Source: Candidatus Bathyarchaeota archaeon
Lineage (GTDB): Archaea > Thermoproteota > Bathyarchaeia > 40CM-2-53-6
DNA: 64,000 nucleotides
Direction: 5' to 3'
NCBI GenBank assembly: GCA_963733055.1
Contig: CAVTBR010000002.1
Location: 96,001 to 160,000 of the forward strand
Shown: piece by piece, positions 20,420-30,379 of the stretch
Layout of the letters: each line of letters starts with the position of its first letter
Position numbering within the stretch: the first letter of the stretch is position 1
Notes under the pieces: model-generated
Database searches by the model: none
What the model saw: the letters and a program-made list of their open reading frames with translations, nothing else
What the model was told of the DNA's origin: nothing
Translations under genes and position numbers: made by a program

Positions 20420-21271
20420 ATGTTACGAATTAGGACAATGCGGCGCCACGACATTAGCTTCGCAGTGCGATTAGCAGAACAAGAAGATTGGGGAATTCCC
20501 GCCCGAGATTTCAAGCGAATCCTACTCCTCGACGCGCACGGCAGTTTCGTGGCGATGGAGAACGGGAAACGTGTCGGCCTTGCAACTACGACAAGTTACG
20601 GGACGGAAATCGCTTGGATTGGAAATGTCGTTGTCGCGGAATCGCGTAGGGGAAGACACATTGGTCAAGGTCTTGTCAAGCACGCAATAGGTTACCTAGG
20701 AAAGAAACGAGTTGCGCGCGTAGTCCTGTACTCTTTCGATGAGAATATCGAGTTCTACCGCAGACTCGGCTTCAAGATGGGCGAACGATTCGCTCGTTTC
20801 CGACGCAAGGTGCGACCAGCCATGAGGTTAGGCTCTGAACCTCGTGATCGACGGACGATGCGGCGGGGTGCAATGTTGGCGATGGATAGGAAGGCTTTCG
20901 GGGCAAACAGGTCTCAGCTCCTGGCCAATGTGCTCGATTCAGGTGCCGGGCGGTATCTCGGTTACGCGGCTGGGTTGAGACGGTCCTACATACTCGTAAA
21001 AGATTATGCGGATATGTGTGAACTCGGGCCATGGATATCATTCGGCCTCCGACAAACGGAGTTGGAGGCTATGCTGTGGCATGTTCTGAATACGACGAAA
21101 AGGAAACCGGTTGAGATCGCCTGCCCCCTCACGAATCGCAGAATCATAGCTGTGTTGTCGCGGTTTGATTTCGATAAGGTGACTCAAGGGCATATGATGT
21201 GCTACAGGAGACTGTCCAAATTGGGAAAGCCGAAGGCAGTGGTTGCCTACGGTTTTCTCGATAAAGGTTGA
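20420..21271 (+). CDS. GNAT-family N-acetyltransferase
   Basis: AWIGNVVV...RRGRHIGQGL and FYRRLGF motifs. Confidence 0.85.
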   Translation: MLRIRTMRRHDISFAVRLAEQEDWGIPARDFKRILLLDAHGSFVAMENGKRVGLATTTSYGTEIAWIGNVVVAESRRGRHIGQGLVKHAIGYLGKKRVARVVLYSFDENIEFYRRLGFKMGERFARFRRKVRPAMRLGSEPRDRRTMRRGAMLAMDRKAFGANRSQLLANVLDSGAGRYLGYAAGLRRSYILVKDYADMCELGPWISFGLRQTELEAMLWHVLNTTKRKPVEIACPLTNRRIIAVLSRFDFDKVTQGHMMCYRRLSKLGKPKAVVAYGFLDKG

Positions 21272-21292
21272 ATCAGCTGCGGTAGTTCCTGA

Positions 21293-22951
21293 CTACTTTG
21301 CTGTCTCTCGGATGAGGGGGGTTAATTCCGGCGCTGGTTTCCCGAGTTTCTTGTCAAGTGATGCTTTGATCAGGCCATAGTATGGTGGCGAAGGCCTGAC
21401 CGGTCTTGACTTGAATTCGGCATGGAACTGCGTGCCCACGTAGAAGTATTTGTTCGGTAGCTCGAAAATTTCCATTCTTCGCCCATCCATGCTTCTTCCC
21501 GAGAACACTCCTCCGGCTTTTTCGATCTGGGGTATGAATTCTGGGTTCACTTCGTACCTGTGTCTGTGGCGTTCTGAAATGATGTCGCGCCCGTAGAGGT
21601 AGCCTGCTAGGGTGTTGGGCGTGAGGCGAATTTCATGCGCGCCTAGCCGCATCGTAGCACCCTTATCTTCGACACCTATTTGCTCGGGCATTAGGTCAAT
21701 GACGGGGTAGGGTGTCTTGGGGTCTATTTCGGTGCTGTTTGCGTTCTTCAGTCCCAAGTGGCGGCTGAATTCTAGGATGGCCATCTGGAATCCGAAACAT
21801 ATTCCTAGGGTTGGAATATTCTTCTCGCACGCATAAGCCAACGCCGCAATCTTCCCTTCGGTGCCCCTCGAACCGAAACCCCCCGGCACAAGTACCCCAT
21901 CGAATCGTGATAGTATGGAGCAGTTGGAGGGTTCGTTCTCGAACATTTCCGTCTCGATCCAGTCTATTTCAACTCGGGCATCGCATGCTCCGCCCGCGTG
22001 TTTCAGTGCCTCGTTAACGCTAACGTAGGAGTCCGCGAGCTCCGCGTACTTACCGCAGAGCGCGATTCGAACGACCTGATGCGGGTTAGCTATCGAAGCG
22101 ACTACTTTGTTCCACGCGCCCCAGTCAGCGTCATGCTTGTCCAAAGCAAATCGGTCGAGCAGGAAGTTCCCCATTCCCTGCGAATCAAGTTCAACCGGCC
22201 CTTGGTAAATCGTCGGCAGGTCGGCGGAGGAGAATACACCACGTTCCTCGACGTTGCAAAACAGGGCTATTTTTCGGCGGGGCCCTGTCAAAAGGGGTCC
22301 ATTTGTTCTCGCAACTATAACGTCAGGTTGAATACCGATCCTTCGTAGCTCCTGAACACTATGCTGAGTCGGTTTCGTTTTTTGCTCTCCAACCACATCC
22401 AAGGCCGGGACCAGAGTGACATGGACAAACAAGACGTTTCGTTGGCCTTCCTCAAGCTTCAGTTCGCGTGCAGCTTCTAAGTAGGGAAGGCTTTCAATGT
22501 CACCAACCGTCCCTCCGATTTCTACGAGAAGCACGTCGGGGTTGTTTTTTGTCGCGATCCCTCTAATGACGGATTTGATTTCATCGGTGATGTGTGGAAT
22601 TATTTGTACGCATTGCCCGAGAAAGTCACCTCGACGTTCCTTGTTTATGACGGATGTGTAGATTTGACCGGTAGTGGTGTTGTGGCTTCGGGAGAGGTTG
22701 ATGTCTAAGAAACGTTCGTATGTTCCCAGGTCCATATCAATCTCCCCACCGTCATCAGTAACGAACACCTCGCCGTGCGCGACTGGGTTCATTGTTCCCG
22801 CGTCAACATTGAGGTAAGGGTCTATCTTCATCGCTGAGATTTTGAAACCCCTAATTTGAAGAATTTTCGCGATCGAGGCGGTGGTGATTCCTTTACCGAT
22901 ACCGGACATTACACCGCCGGTGATGAACAAATACCGCGTATCTATCGGCAT
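21293..22951 (-). CDS. pyrG: CTP synthase
   Basis: [38 protein letters not shown] and QFHAEF motifs. Confidence 0.97.
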   Translation of the reverse strand: MPIDTRYLFITGGVMSGIGKGITTASIAKILQIRGFKISAMKIDPYLNVDAGTMNPVAHGEVFVTDDGGEIDMDLGTYERFLDINLSRSHNTTTGQIYTSVINKERRGDFLGQCVQIIPHITDEIKSVIRGIATKNNPDVLLVEIGGTVGDIESLPYLEAARELKLEEGQRNVLFVHVTLVPALDVVGEQKTKPTQHSVQELRRIGIQPDVIVARTNGPLLTGPRRKIALFCNVEERGVFSSADLPTIYQGPVELDSQGMGNFLLDRFALDKHDADWGAWNKVVASIANPHQVVRIALCGKYAELADSYVSVNEALKHAGGACDARVEIDWIETEMFENEPSNCSILSRFDGVLVPGGFGSRGTEGKIAALAYACEKNIPTLGICFGFQMAILEFSRHLGLKNANSTEIDPKTPYPVIDLMPEQIGVEDKGATMRLGAHEIRLTPNTLAGYLYGRDIISERHRHRYEVNPEFIPQIEKAGGVFSGRSMDGRRMEIFELPNKYFYVGTQFHAEFKSRPVRPSPPYYGLIKASLDKKLGKPAPELTPLIRETAK

Positions 22952-23031
22952 ACTTCACACGAAGTGAGGGCCCAACTTAAAGTTTCTCCGATACGAAATC
23001 GGAGACGAGAGGAAAGAAAACTCGGATTAGG

Positions 23032-23709
23032 TTACTTGACTTGGCCCTTGAGCTTCCTGATCTCTTGGTTGATCAGGTTCAGCGCGACTCGTGCAGTCGA
23101 AATGGCTTGATCTACTGACTGTGAACTTTCGGAAGACCAAATCTTAGCTGCTCCCTGCGCGGTTTGGTTTCCAAGTTGAGTTAGATAGTAGCCTCCATCG
23201 TTATTGAACACCAACCCAGCGCTCATGAGACCCTTCAACCCCTCCGCCTCGGGTGAAGACAGTTGAAGACTTGACTTCGTTCTTGCGGTTTCGGGTGAAA
23301 TCGCGGCAGCGTGAAGAAGCTTTACCAAGACGCTGGGGCCAGCGGGTATCGCGTCTCCGAACTCGCTTTTTGCGGAGTCCTGAAGCTTGCGGAGTTGCTC
23401 TATCCGAGCGACGGCGTCGGTTACGGTGGTAAGGCTCCTGGTGATGTTGAGGAAGGATTGTACTACTGGGCTCTGTGAGTTCATGCGATAAAGAGTAACG
23501 GCACCTACATGCCGTGAGGGGGATATTGCCTTCATTCTTTCAAGGTCGTCCCAGACCCGGTATAGGGTTGTGCGGCCGATGCCGGCTTTTTGAGCTATCT
23601 CAGTCTTAGTAAGATCCTCTTGCGGGCGTTGGGAGAGTATCGTGAGTACCTTGAATTGGGGGCTTTTCGACAATACTTCCATGAAAGCGGTGGCTTCGTC
23701 TACTGCCAT
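23032..23709 (-). CDS. Winged-HTH protein, probably two wHTH domains
   Basis: LTKTEIAQKAGIGRTTLYRVW..LE and second LMSAGLV...YYLTQLG wing; start taken at ATG 23709. Confidence 0.7.
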   Translation of the reverse strand: MAVDEATAFMEVLSKSPQFKVLTILSQRPQEDLTKTEIAQKAGIGRTTLYRVWDDLERMKAISPSRHVGAVTLYRMNSQSPVVQSFLNITRSLTTVTDAVARIEQLRKLQDSAKSEFGDAIPAGPSVLVKLLHAAAISPETARTKSSLQLSSPEAEGLKGLMSAGLVFNNDGGYYLTQLGNQTAQGAAKIWSSESSQSVDQAISTARVALNLINQEIRKLKGQVK

Positions 23710-23812
23710 GTAACGTTCAACGAGGTTATGGCACGGCGGATGGTATATTAATGTTCCCTTTCCCACACACCGAAGTTTCATATCGAAGATGGATATACCC
23801 CGATAGAAACGG

Positions 23813-24100
23813 GTGAAAACCATGCCCCCAGACGATAGCCTTCCCGAGCTTCAGGCAACTACACTGCTGACCATTTGGAAGCTCAAAGGCATCGGGGGGA
23901 ACGCCGTAGACGAGGACCAGTTGAAAGCTGAACTGACCAACGAACCTACCGAAGACGTACCTTCAGCGATTCAACTGCTCGAAGCTCAGGGCTTCATCGA
24001 AATCAGGGACCTCGAAGGCCGAAAAGCGATCTCAATAACCCCCCTCGGCCTAGCCATCCTCCGCAAGATCGAGGAAGACAGGCTGCAGGAACTAAAGTGA
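23813..24100 (+). CDS. Small winged-helix protein
   Basis: AIQLLEAQGFIE...ITPLG wing motif. Confidence 0.65.
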   Translation: MKTMPPDDSLPELQATTLLTIWKLKGIGGNAVDEDQLKAELTNEPTEDVPSAIQLLEAQGFIEIRDLEGRKAISITPLGLAILRKIEEDRLQELK

Positions 24101-24693
24101 ACCCGTACCCGAACCATGCAAAACCATCCCGTCCAGCGCTCAGAATGTACGTACACTGCTCAGTCCTCTTTGTGCCAATTCTCGCCGAAGTTTTCTCTAG
24201 AAGCACCACCGTGATTGCGCTCGTCATTATCAGCGTCATCTATACAGGCTGCGAGTTTCTTCGATTACGTGGAAGAGTCGTTCCAGTCATCACTAGATTC
24301 ACCCTGCGAATGAATCCAAGTCTCGAGGAGGGGCATTTCATTTCACAGCCGATTTATCTGGCTGCCGGAGTAGCCCTTGCATTGCTACTGTTCCCGAAGG
24401 AAGTGGCCTACGCTTCAATAATCATAGTCGCGGTAGGCGATCCTGTAGCCGGTTATGTTGGAGCGAGATTTGCACAGCTGCGCTGTGGAGTGAAATCGCT
24501 TGAGGGATTCGTTGCCGGGCTCGTAGCTGCAACTCTCGTTGCCTCGCTTGTTGTCTTACCTCCCGTGAGTTTGATTGGAGCGACCGGTGGAATGACCATT
24601 GAATTGTGGGATGGTTTGGAAGATAACTTGACAATCCCCCTAGCGGCTGGCGGCTTGATGGTCTTGGCTCAACTCTTCATGCCTACTCGGTAA
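24097..24693 (+). CDS. Dolichol kinase / phosphatidate cytidylyltransferase-like membrane protein
   Basis: GDPVAGYVG, KSLEGF and EDNLTIP motifs. Confidence 0.82.
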   Translation: MNPYPNHAKPSRPALRMYVHCSVLFVPILAEVFSRSTTVIALVIISVIYTGCEFLRLRGRVVPVITRFTLRMNPSLEEGHFISQPIYLAAGVALALLLFPKEVAYASIIIVAVGDPVAGYVGARFAQLRCGVKSLEGFVAGLVAATLVASLVVLPPVSLIGATGGMTIELWDGLEDNLTIPLAAGGLMVLAQLFMPTR

Positions 24694-24785
24694 TTGTTGT
24701 AATGTCACGCCGAGACGACTCCGCTCCCGTTGATGTCGACCTTACACCTGGACAGGTGTTTGATACGCTAATTGGTGAGCGCGAC

Positions 24786-25412
24786 TCAGGTACTGGAGCC
24801 GATTCGCCAAACCCAAGATAGACCCACGGGAACGAACCAGATGAGGAATCTTAATGGTACCCCCCAAAGGGTAAGCGACCAGAATTGCGGCAGGATGCTT
24901 ACCATGAAGATGCAGGCAGAGACGATGAGGGTATTCCTGAATTTCCTGTACCTTCTTAGGGAACTGGGTGGAACGAGTTTCTTCTCTTCAAAACTCAGTT
25001 GATGAGCGAAGAGGGCTATTATGACCATCAAACCCGCCATGTCGATCGCATAGAAAGACGAGGCAGATGCCAGGAGCGTGGCGTCTTTGAGTACGTCCGC
25101 GATGTATGTGGCATTCAGCCAGAAGAGGTACGGCTCAATTGAGACAAGGAATAGAAGCACAATGTTCAGCATTATCGTGGTCTGATCCTCGAGGGGAAGG
25201 ACCGAGATTATGCTCGAGTAACTCATCCATACAGAGATTAAGATCAGAAAGCTGAACCCAAATTGGAGAAGATCTTCTGCGATATCGTAGGGGTTTTTCG
25301 GTACGCCTGCAATGAGGGATATCGTTCCTATCGATAACGCAAGCCCGAAAATAAGATCCGATAAAGATTTGATGGGCGCTTTCGGGCGCGATGGGTTAGA
25401 TTCTCTTGGCAA
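24786..25412 (-). CDS. TMEM175/DUF1211-family potassium channel-like protein
   Basis: IKSLSDLIFGLALSI and FGFSFLILISVW..Y motifs, about 6 TM; start chosen at TTG 25412. Confidence 0.7.
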   Translation of the reverse strand: MPRESNPSRPKAPIKSLSDLIFGLALSIGTISLIAGVPKNPYDIAEDLLQFGFSFLILISVWMSYSSIISVLPLEDQTTIMLNIVLLFLVSIEPYLFWLNATYIADVLKDATLLASASSFYAIDMAGLMVIIALFAHQLSFEEKKLVPPSSLRRYRKFRNTLIVSACIFMVSILPQFWSLTLWGVPLRFLIWFVPVGLSWVWRIGSST

Positions 25413-25801
25413 TCGGACCACCGGAAAAGGACCTGCAAAATCTACCGAATTGCGCTCTAAGTAGGATTTGAGTTTTGTTGAGCACGCATAACACAAGACC
25501 ATTTGCTGTCGAGAACACCAACGTGATTGGCTTTCGAAGTTCATACCGCCAGACCGAGTGTCTTTGAGACAGACGATCCACGTCAAGGAGCCTTGGCCCG
25601 AAAGCGTTATGGGCAGCTTCGCTAATTTGCGAGTCTTGGATGATGAATCCTTTAAGTACGGAGTGCCATTCAGCCGGCACGATGACGCTTTCGACGGGCA
25701 GACTGAACTTTCATTTCTCCCGTCGAAATATTCGATGCAACCGCCTCTTGTTTCCAAACATCCTAGCCGCTACCAAAGCTTAAATTCCGTTTTAGCCGGC
25801 A

Positions 25802-25911
25802 TTGAGGGGGAAACTGAGTGGGCGCACCGCGTACTCCGAATTTCTTAGCTGCGCCAAGACTAACGCACGTAACTACAACCGCCTTCGATTCACCCTCAAA
25901 AGAAGGAGGTT
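25802..25911 (+). promoter_or_regulatory. Candidate cis-regulatory RNA leader of purA (riboswitch-like)
   Basis: Closing stem 25802-25812/25889-25899, internal stems, and anti-SD hairpin 25877-25886/25902-25911. Confidence 0.45.
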
Positions 25912-25917
25912 TGGAAT

Positions 25918-27223
25918 TTACCTAGCCTAATCGTAGTTGGCTGTCAGTGGGGCGATGAGGGTAAGGGGAAGATTGTTGACTACCTGTCGTCGCAAGCGGA
26001 TTATGTGACCCGATATCAGGGTGGCAGCAACGCGGGGCACACGATCAATGTTGGAAAGGAAACCTACAGGCTAAGGCTTCTGCCCTCGGGCGTGTTGCAT
26101 CACAAGAAATTGGTAATCGCCAACGGGGTGGTCGTCGACCCCTCTGTACTGCTGAAAGAAATCTCCGATCTAACTGCCAAGGGGTTCAAGCCGGACTTGG
26201 CGCTAAGTGATCGAGCTCACATAACTCTCAGTTACCACCAAATGTTGGATGCAGCTGAGGAGAAATTCAAGGGAACCCTCCGATCCGGAACGACCTTGCG
26301 CGGGATCGGCCCCACCTACACGGACAAGGTGGCGCGATATGGAATCAGAACGGTGGACCTCCTCGACGTGGAGCTCCTGAAACAGAAGCTCTCACAGAAC
26401 ACGGTCCTGAAGCAGCGAACGCTGAAATCCGTTTACGAATCAGATGCCCAAATCAACGAGAAAGAACTACTCGACGGTTGCGTAAAGTTCGGTCAGGACC
26501 TACGCCCATACATAGCCGACACTTCAGTGCTGCTAAACGACGCATTGGACGAGGGTAAACGGGTTCTTTTCGAAGGTGCCCAGGGGCTCTTGCTGGATAT
26601 CGACCACGGAGTGTACCCCTTCGGGACATCATCAAACACGGTTGCAGGAGGTGTCTGTACGGGAGCGGGAGTAGGGCCGACCAAGATCAACGATACGTTA
26701 GGGGTAGTCAAGGCGTATACTTCGCAGCGTCGGATCGGGACCCGTGCCAACCGAGCTCACGGACGACGTGGGGTCGAGGCTCCAAGAGAAAGGAAAGGAA
26801 TTCGGGACGGTGACGGGCCGTAAACGGAGGTGTGGATGGATCGACGCAGTAGCGCTGAGATTAGCTGCTCGAGTGAACGGGCTGACAGGGATAGCTCTTA
26901 CAAAGATGGATACGCTCGGCGGATTCGACCCTGTGAAGATTTGCATCGAATACAAAGTGGATGGAAGAACGATCCGTGATCAACCAGCAGGCCTACACGA
27001 ATACTCGAATTGCAAGCCAGTTTACGAAGAGATGCGAGGATGGCCTGACCTGCCTAACGCTGAGTGGGCGACCATCGCGAACAAAGGCTACGATTCACTA
27101 CCGTCGCAAGCGCGAGACTACATCCATAAAATCGAAGAAATCACAAAAACGCCAGTGAAAATAATTTCAGTAGGGGAAGCACGAGAAGCGACGATATACC
27201 GATCCGAAGTCTGGGCAAGCTAA
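25918..27223 (+). CDS. purA: Adenylosuccinate synthetase (frameshift near 26730; start codon reads TTA)
   Basis: PSLIVVGCQWGDEGKGK, RYQGGSNAGH, EGAQG..LDIDHG.YP, EFGTVTGRKRRCGW and ISVG motifs. Confidence 0.93.
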
Positions 27224-27308
27224 CCGGAAGACTTACCCCTTACATTCCTCATTAACCAGGTTTCAACCGAAGTTATGTGCCTGAACGAATTCGTCAATGG
27301 AGAGATCA

Positions 27309-27908
27309 CTAGCCCCGGGGAATCGCGGCCGCCAAGAGGTTAACCACATTATACAAGGCTGTGAACACAAGTACCCAGAAGAGTAAGATGGCGTCTCCGC
27401 TGAACTGCCACCCGGTCGTCTGAACGAGCGTAATTCTCGCGAACGCCATATAGTTAAGCCCGAAAATCACTGGCCCGACGTAGAGGAGGACAACGTAGTT
27501 GACAATAGTCATCGCGAAAACCCGAAGTAACATTCCGCCCCCGAACATGAGTGAGAGTGCGACCGCGGGGCGACCCCGTCCCCCCGCTAGACGAGAGTAG
27601 ACAACACTGCCCGCCCAAAAGCCCCCAAGCGTCGACAAGACTGCGACTAATTTTATCGCCGGACCCAAAGGTGCGTCAGATCCGGTTATGTTGAGAAACA
27701 GCCAATGCACTAGTTCCGTTATGATGGCGGCTAGGGGACCGAATAGGAAGAATGCGATGTAGATGGGAAGCTCTGCGAAGTCTATCTGGAGGTAGGGGAT
27801 GAGTGGGAACGGAATTGCAGCTCTAGAGAGAGTCAGCAGCGCGGCAAGTGCCGAGAATACGGCCGCGCCGGCGAGAGTGACAGTGAACTTTTGACGATTG
27901 TTCTTCAA
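27309..27908 (-). CDS. ECF transporter S component (RibU/PanT-like); C-terminus probably frameshifted
   Basis: IPFPLIPYLQIDFAELP..IAFFLFGP motif, multi-TM. Confidence 0.8.
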   Translation of the reverse strand: MKNNRQKFTVTLAGAAVFSALAALLTLSRAAIPFPLIPYLQIDFAELPIYIAFFLFGPLAAIITELVHWLFLNITGSDAPLGPAIKLVAVLSTLGGFWAGSVVYSRLAGGRGRPAVALSLMFGGGMLLRVFAMTIVNYVVLLYVGPVIFGLNYMAFARITLVQTTGWQFSGDAILLFWVLVFTALYNVVNLLAAAIPRG

Positions 27909-27950
27909 CCGTGTTCAGTGACGCCTAAGGATCTACCAAGAAAAGTGTTT

Positions 27951-28229
27951 CTACTCCTTTTTTGGTGATGATTCTCGGCGAGTTTGTAGACTCCTCGTAG
28001 CGGGTCTAGACAGTTTCCTCAGGATCTCGACAGCTTCGCGGATGTTCTTGTAGGCTCCGCGCAGGTCAGAGTCTAGCATAGTTTCAGCTTTGTCGATCAA
28101 GTCACGGACATAATCTGCAGACGGTGTGTGGGCCGTATTTGTTGTAGGATCGTAATCACCCAAGTTGTTGATGATCGCTATTCTAAACGCTAGATACTCA
28201 ACCTCGGCCGTACACTTCCAAAGAAGCAA
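27951..28229 (-). CDS. Hypothetical helical protein (frame stays open further upstream)
   Basis: 92-aa ORF between glmS and the ECF gene, co-oriented. Confidence 0.5.
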   Translation of the reverse strand: MLLWKCTAEVEYLAFRIAIINNLGDYDPTTNTAHTPSADYVRDLIDKAETMLDSDLRGAYKNIREAVEILRKLSRPATRSLQTRRESSPKKE

Positions 28230-28368
28230 ATCTAGACTCGGATCAGGTGTCGCCCCCGTTGATTTGCGAAACTGATCAATGAGCTCTAGCGCTTTAGAAA
28301 AAGACTGAATGGTTTGTTGATCACGTGTTTTACTTTGGGCCGTTCGCTTAGCCGCCCCTCTGTGTCTC

Positions 28369-30201
28369 TTAGTGTACTGTCACGGATTTCGCTAGGTTCC
28401 TTGGGAAGTCAGGGTTGTATCCCTTTCTTACGGACACGTAGTAGGCAAAGAGCTGGAGAGGAAGAATGAAGACGATGGGCGTGAGTGGCCAAGGAATCCC
28501 GGTGGGCAAGGTAATCGTTTGATCCGACAGAGCCGAAACTTGGGTATCCCCCCGTTCAACCAAACCAACAACCTCCGCGTGCCTGGCCTTCATCTCCATC
28601 ACATTGCCCACGATTTTAGAGTAAACCTCGTCCATCGGTGCGATGAAGATTACTGGGTATCCAGCCTCAACGACCGAGATGAAGCCGTGTTTTGATTCGC
28701 CCGCCGGATACGAGATTGCGGGTAGGTATGAAAGTTCTAAGAGCTTCAGTCGTCCCTCAAGGGCGGTCGCGACGCTAATCCCTCTACCGAGAAAGCAGAA
28801 GCTAACGCTGTCACTGAATTTTTCAGCAAGGCGTTTCACCTGATCCTCCTGGGTTGATACAGTCGTTGAAACCCATTCGGGAAGCTGATCGAACCCCGCT
28901 TCTAACGACTTCAATTCTTTTGCACCCACTGTTTTTCGTTTGCCAGCGAGAGCCACAGCAATTTTGACGAGAACAGCAAACTGTGCAGTGAAAGTCTTTG
29001 TTGCCGCCACTCCCATCTCTGGGCCAGAGTTTTGACCGATGTAAACGTCCGACAGCCTAGTCAGCGTCGAGCCCATTACGTTGGTTACTCCGAGAATTGC
29101 GGCTCCGCGATCCTTTGCCCCTCTGACCGCGGTTAGGGTGTCTGCAGTCTCTCCCGATTGGCTGATGGTCAGGATAACGGTGTCTTGGTCAATTAACGAG
29201 CCGTAACCATCTATGAATTCCGAAGCGACGACCGGTGTGACTTCAATTTTGGCTAGGTTTGCGAAAACATATGTCGCGGCGACGCAGGCGTGATATGAAG
29301 TTCCGCATGCGAGCAGGAATATTCTCTTTGCTCGGTTCATTGCCGAGGCCATCAGATCAAGGTAGATTGGATGAGTTCTCAACGCGTTGCGAATGGAGAG
29401 CGGTTGTTCATGAATTTCCTTCAACATGAAGTGTGGAAACCCACCCTTACTCGCAGTCTCCACGCTCCACTCCACAGTGAAAGGTTGGCGAGATACTACT
29501 TCCCCACTTTCCACCTTCAACAAGCGAACGCTTCCAGCCTCCAAAACCGCCATCTCGTCATCTTCTAGGAGAATAGCCTGTTTGGTTCGTGATAGGAAAG
29601 CGGGAATGTCTGAGGCAAGATAGTTTGCGTTCGTCCCCGTGCCAATTACGAGTGGACTCTCCCGCCTCACGCAAACAATTTTGTCAGGCTCGTTCGCGCA
29701 TATGATAGCTAGTGCGTAAGCACCTTTGAGCCTCCGCGCGGCCGATCGCACTGCCTCAACGAAGTCCATTCCCGACTTCAAGTTCTCTTCGACAAGATGT
29801 GCGACTATTTCGGTGTCAGTTCTTGACTTGAACTTGTGCCCTGCAGCTTCCAACTCCTGCTTGAGTTCCATGAAATTCTCGATGATACCATTGTGAACAA
29901 CCGCAACTCTGCCCAAGCAGTCCGTGTGAGGGTGGGCGTTTTCTTGCGACGGAGCGCCGTGAGTCGCCCACCGAGTGTGGCCGATTCCAACGACTCCGCC
30001 CAGATCACTGATGTGGAGCTCGCTTTCGACCTCGTCGATCTTTCCCTTGTCCTTCTTTACGACTATCGTTCCGTTGATAATCGCAGCCTCGCCCACCGAA
30101 TCGTAACCGCGGTACTCGAGTCGTTTCAGAGAGTCGTGTAGTATCGGGCCTACATCGCCGGATTTCTGCACGACACCCGAAATTCCACACATGAGTACCA
30201 A
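28369..30201 (-). CDS. glmS: Glutamine--fructose-6-phosphate transaminase (isomerizing)
   Basis: MCGISG, LEYRGYDS, GHTRWATHG, SQSGETADT and PRNLAKSVTV motifs. Confidence 0.97.
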   Translation of the reverse strand: MVLMCGISGVVQKSGDVGPILHDSLKRLEYRGYDSVGEAAIINGTIVVKKDKGKIDEVESELHISDLGGVVGIGHTRWATHGAPSQENAHPHTDCLGRVAVVHNGIIENFMELKQELEAAGHKFKSRTDTEIVAHLVEENLKSGMDFVEAVRSAARRLKGAYALAIICANEPDKIVCVRRESPLVIGTGTNANYLASDIPAFLSRTKQAILLEDDEMAVLEAGSVRLLKVESGEVVSRQPFTVEWSVETASKGGFPHFMLKEIHEQPLSIRNALRTHPIYLDLMASAMNRAKRIFLLACGTSYHACVAATYVFANLAKIEVTPVVASEFIDGYGSLIDQDTVILTISQSGETADTLTAVRGAKDRGAAILGVTNVMGSTLTRLSDVYIGQNSGPEMGVAATKTFTAQFAVLVKIAVALAGKRKTVGAKELKSLEAGFDQLPEWVSTTVSTQEDQVKRLAEKFSDSVSFCFLGRGISVATALEGRLKLLELSYLPAISYPAGESKHGFISVVEAGYPVIFIAPMDEVYSKIVGNVMEMKARHAEVVGLVERGDTQVSALSDQTITLPTGIPWPLTPIVFILPLQLFAYYVSVRKGYNPDFPRNLAKSVTVH

Positions 30202-30379
30202 TTTCCTAATAGAATTCGCCGAGGTAACCTAGCACTTGTCTTAAGGTTTCCTCAGGTTGATTTTTGATGAATCAACCCTTTTTCCATTAGTCCAAGTTCG
30301 GGATGCATGGAGATTAATCAAAAACGTGTTTAATAGTCAAATCTCCACTTTATCAATTCAATACCGAGGCCCATGGGCA

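Noticed and set aside
25396-25757. Long N-terminal extension of the TMEM175-like ORF and the overlapping 94-aa ORF
   Set aside because: No recognisable motifs; cannot tell which frame, if any, is coding.
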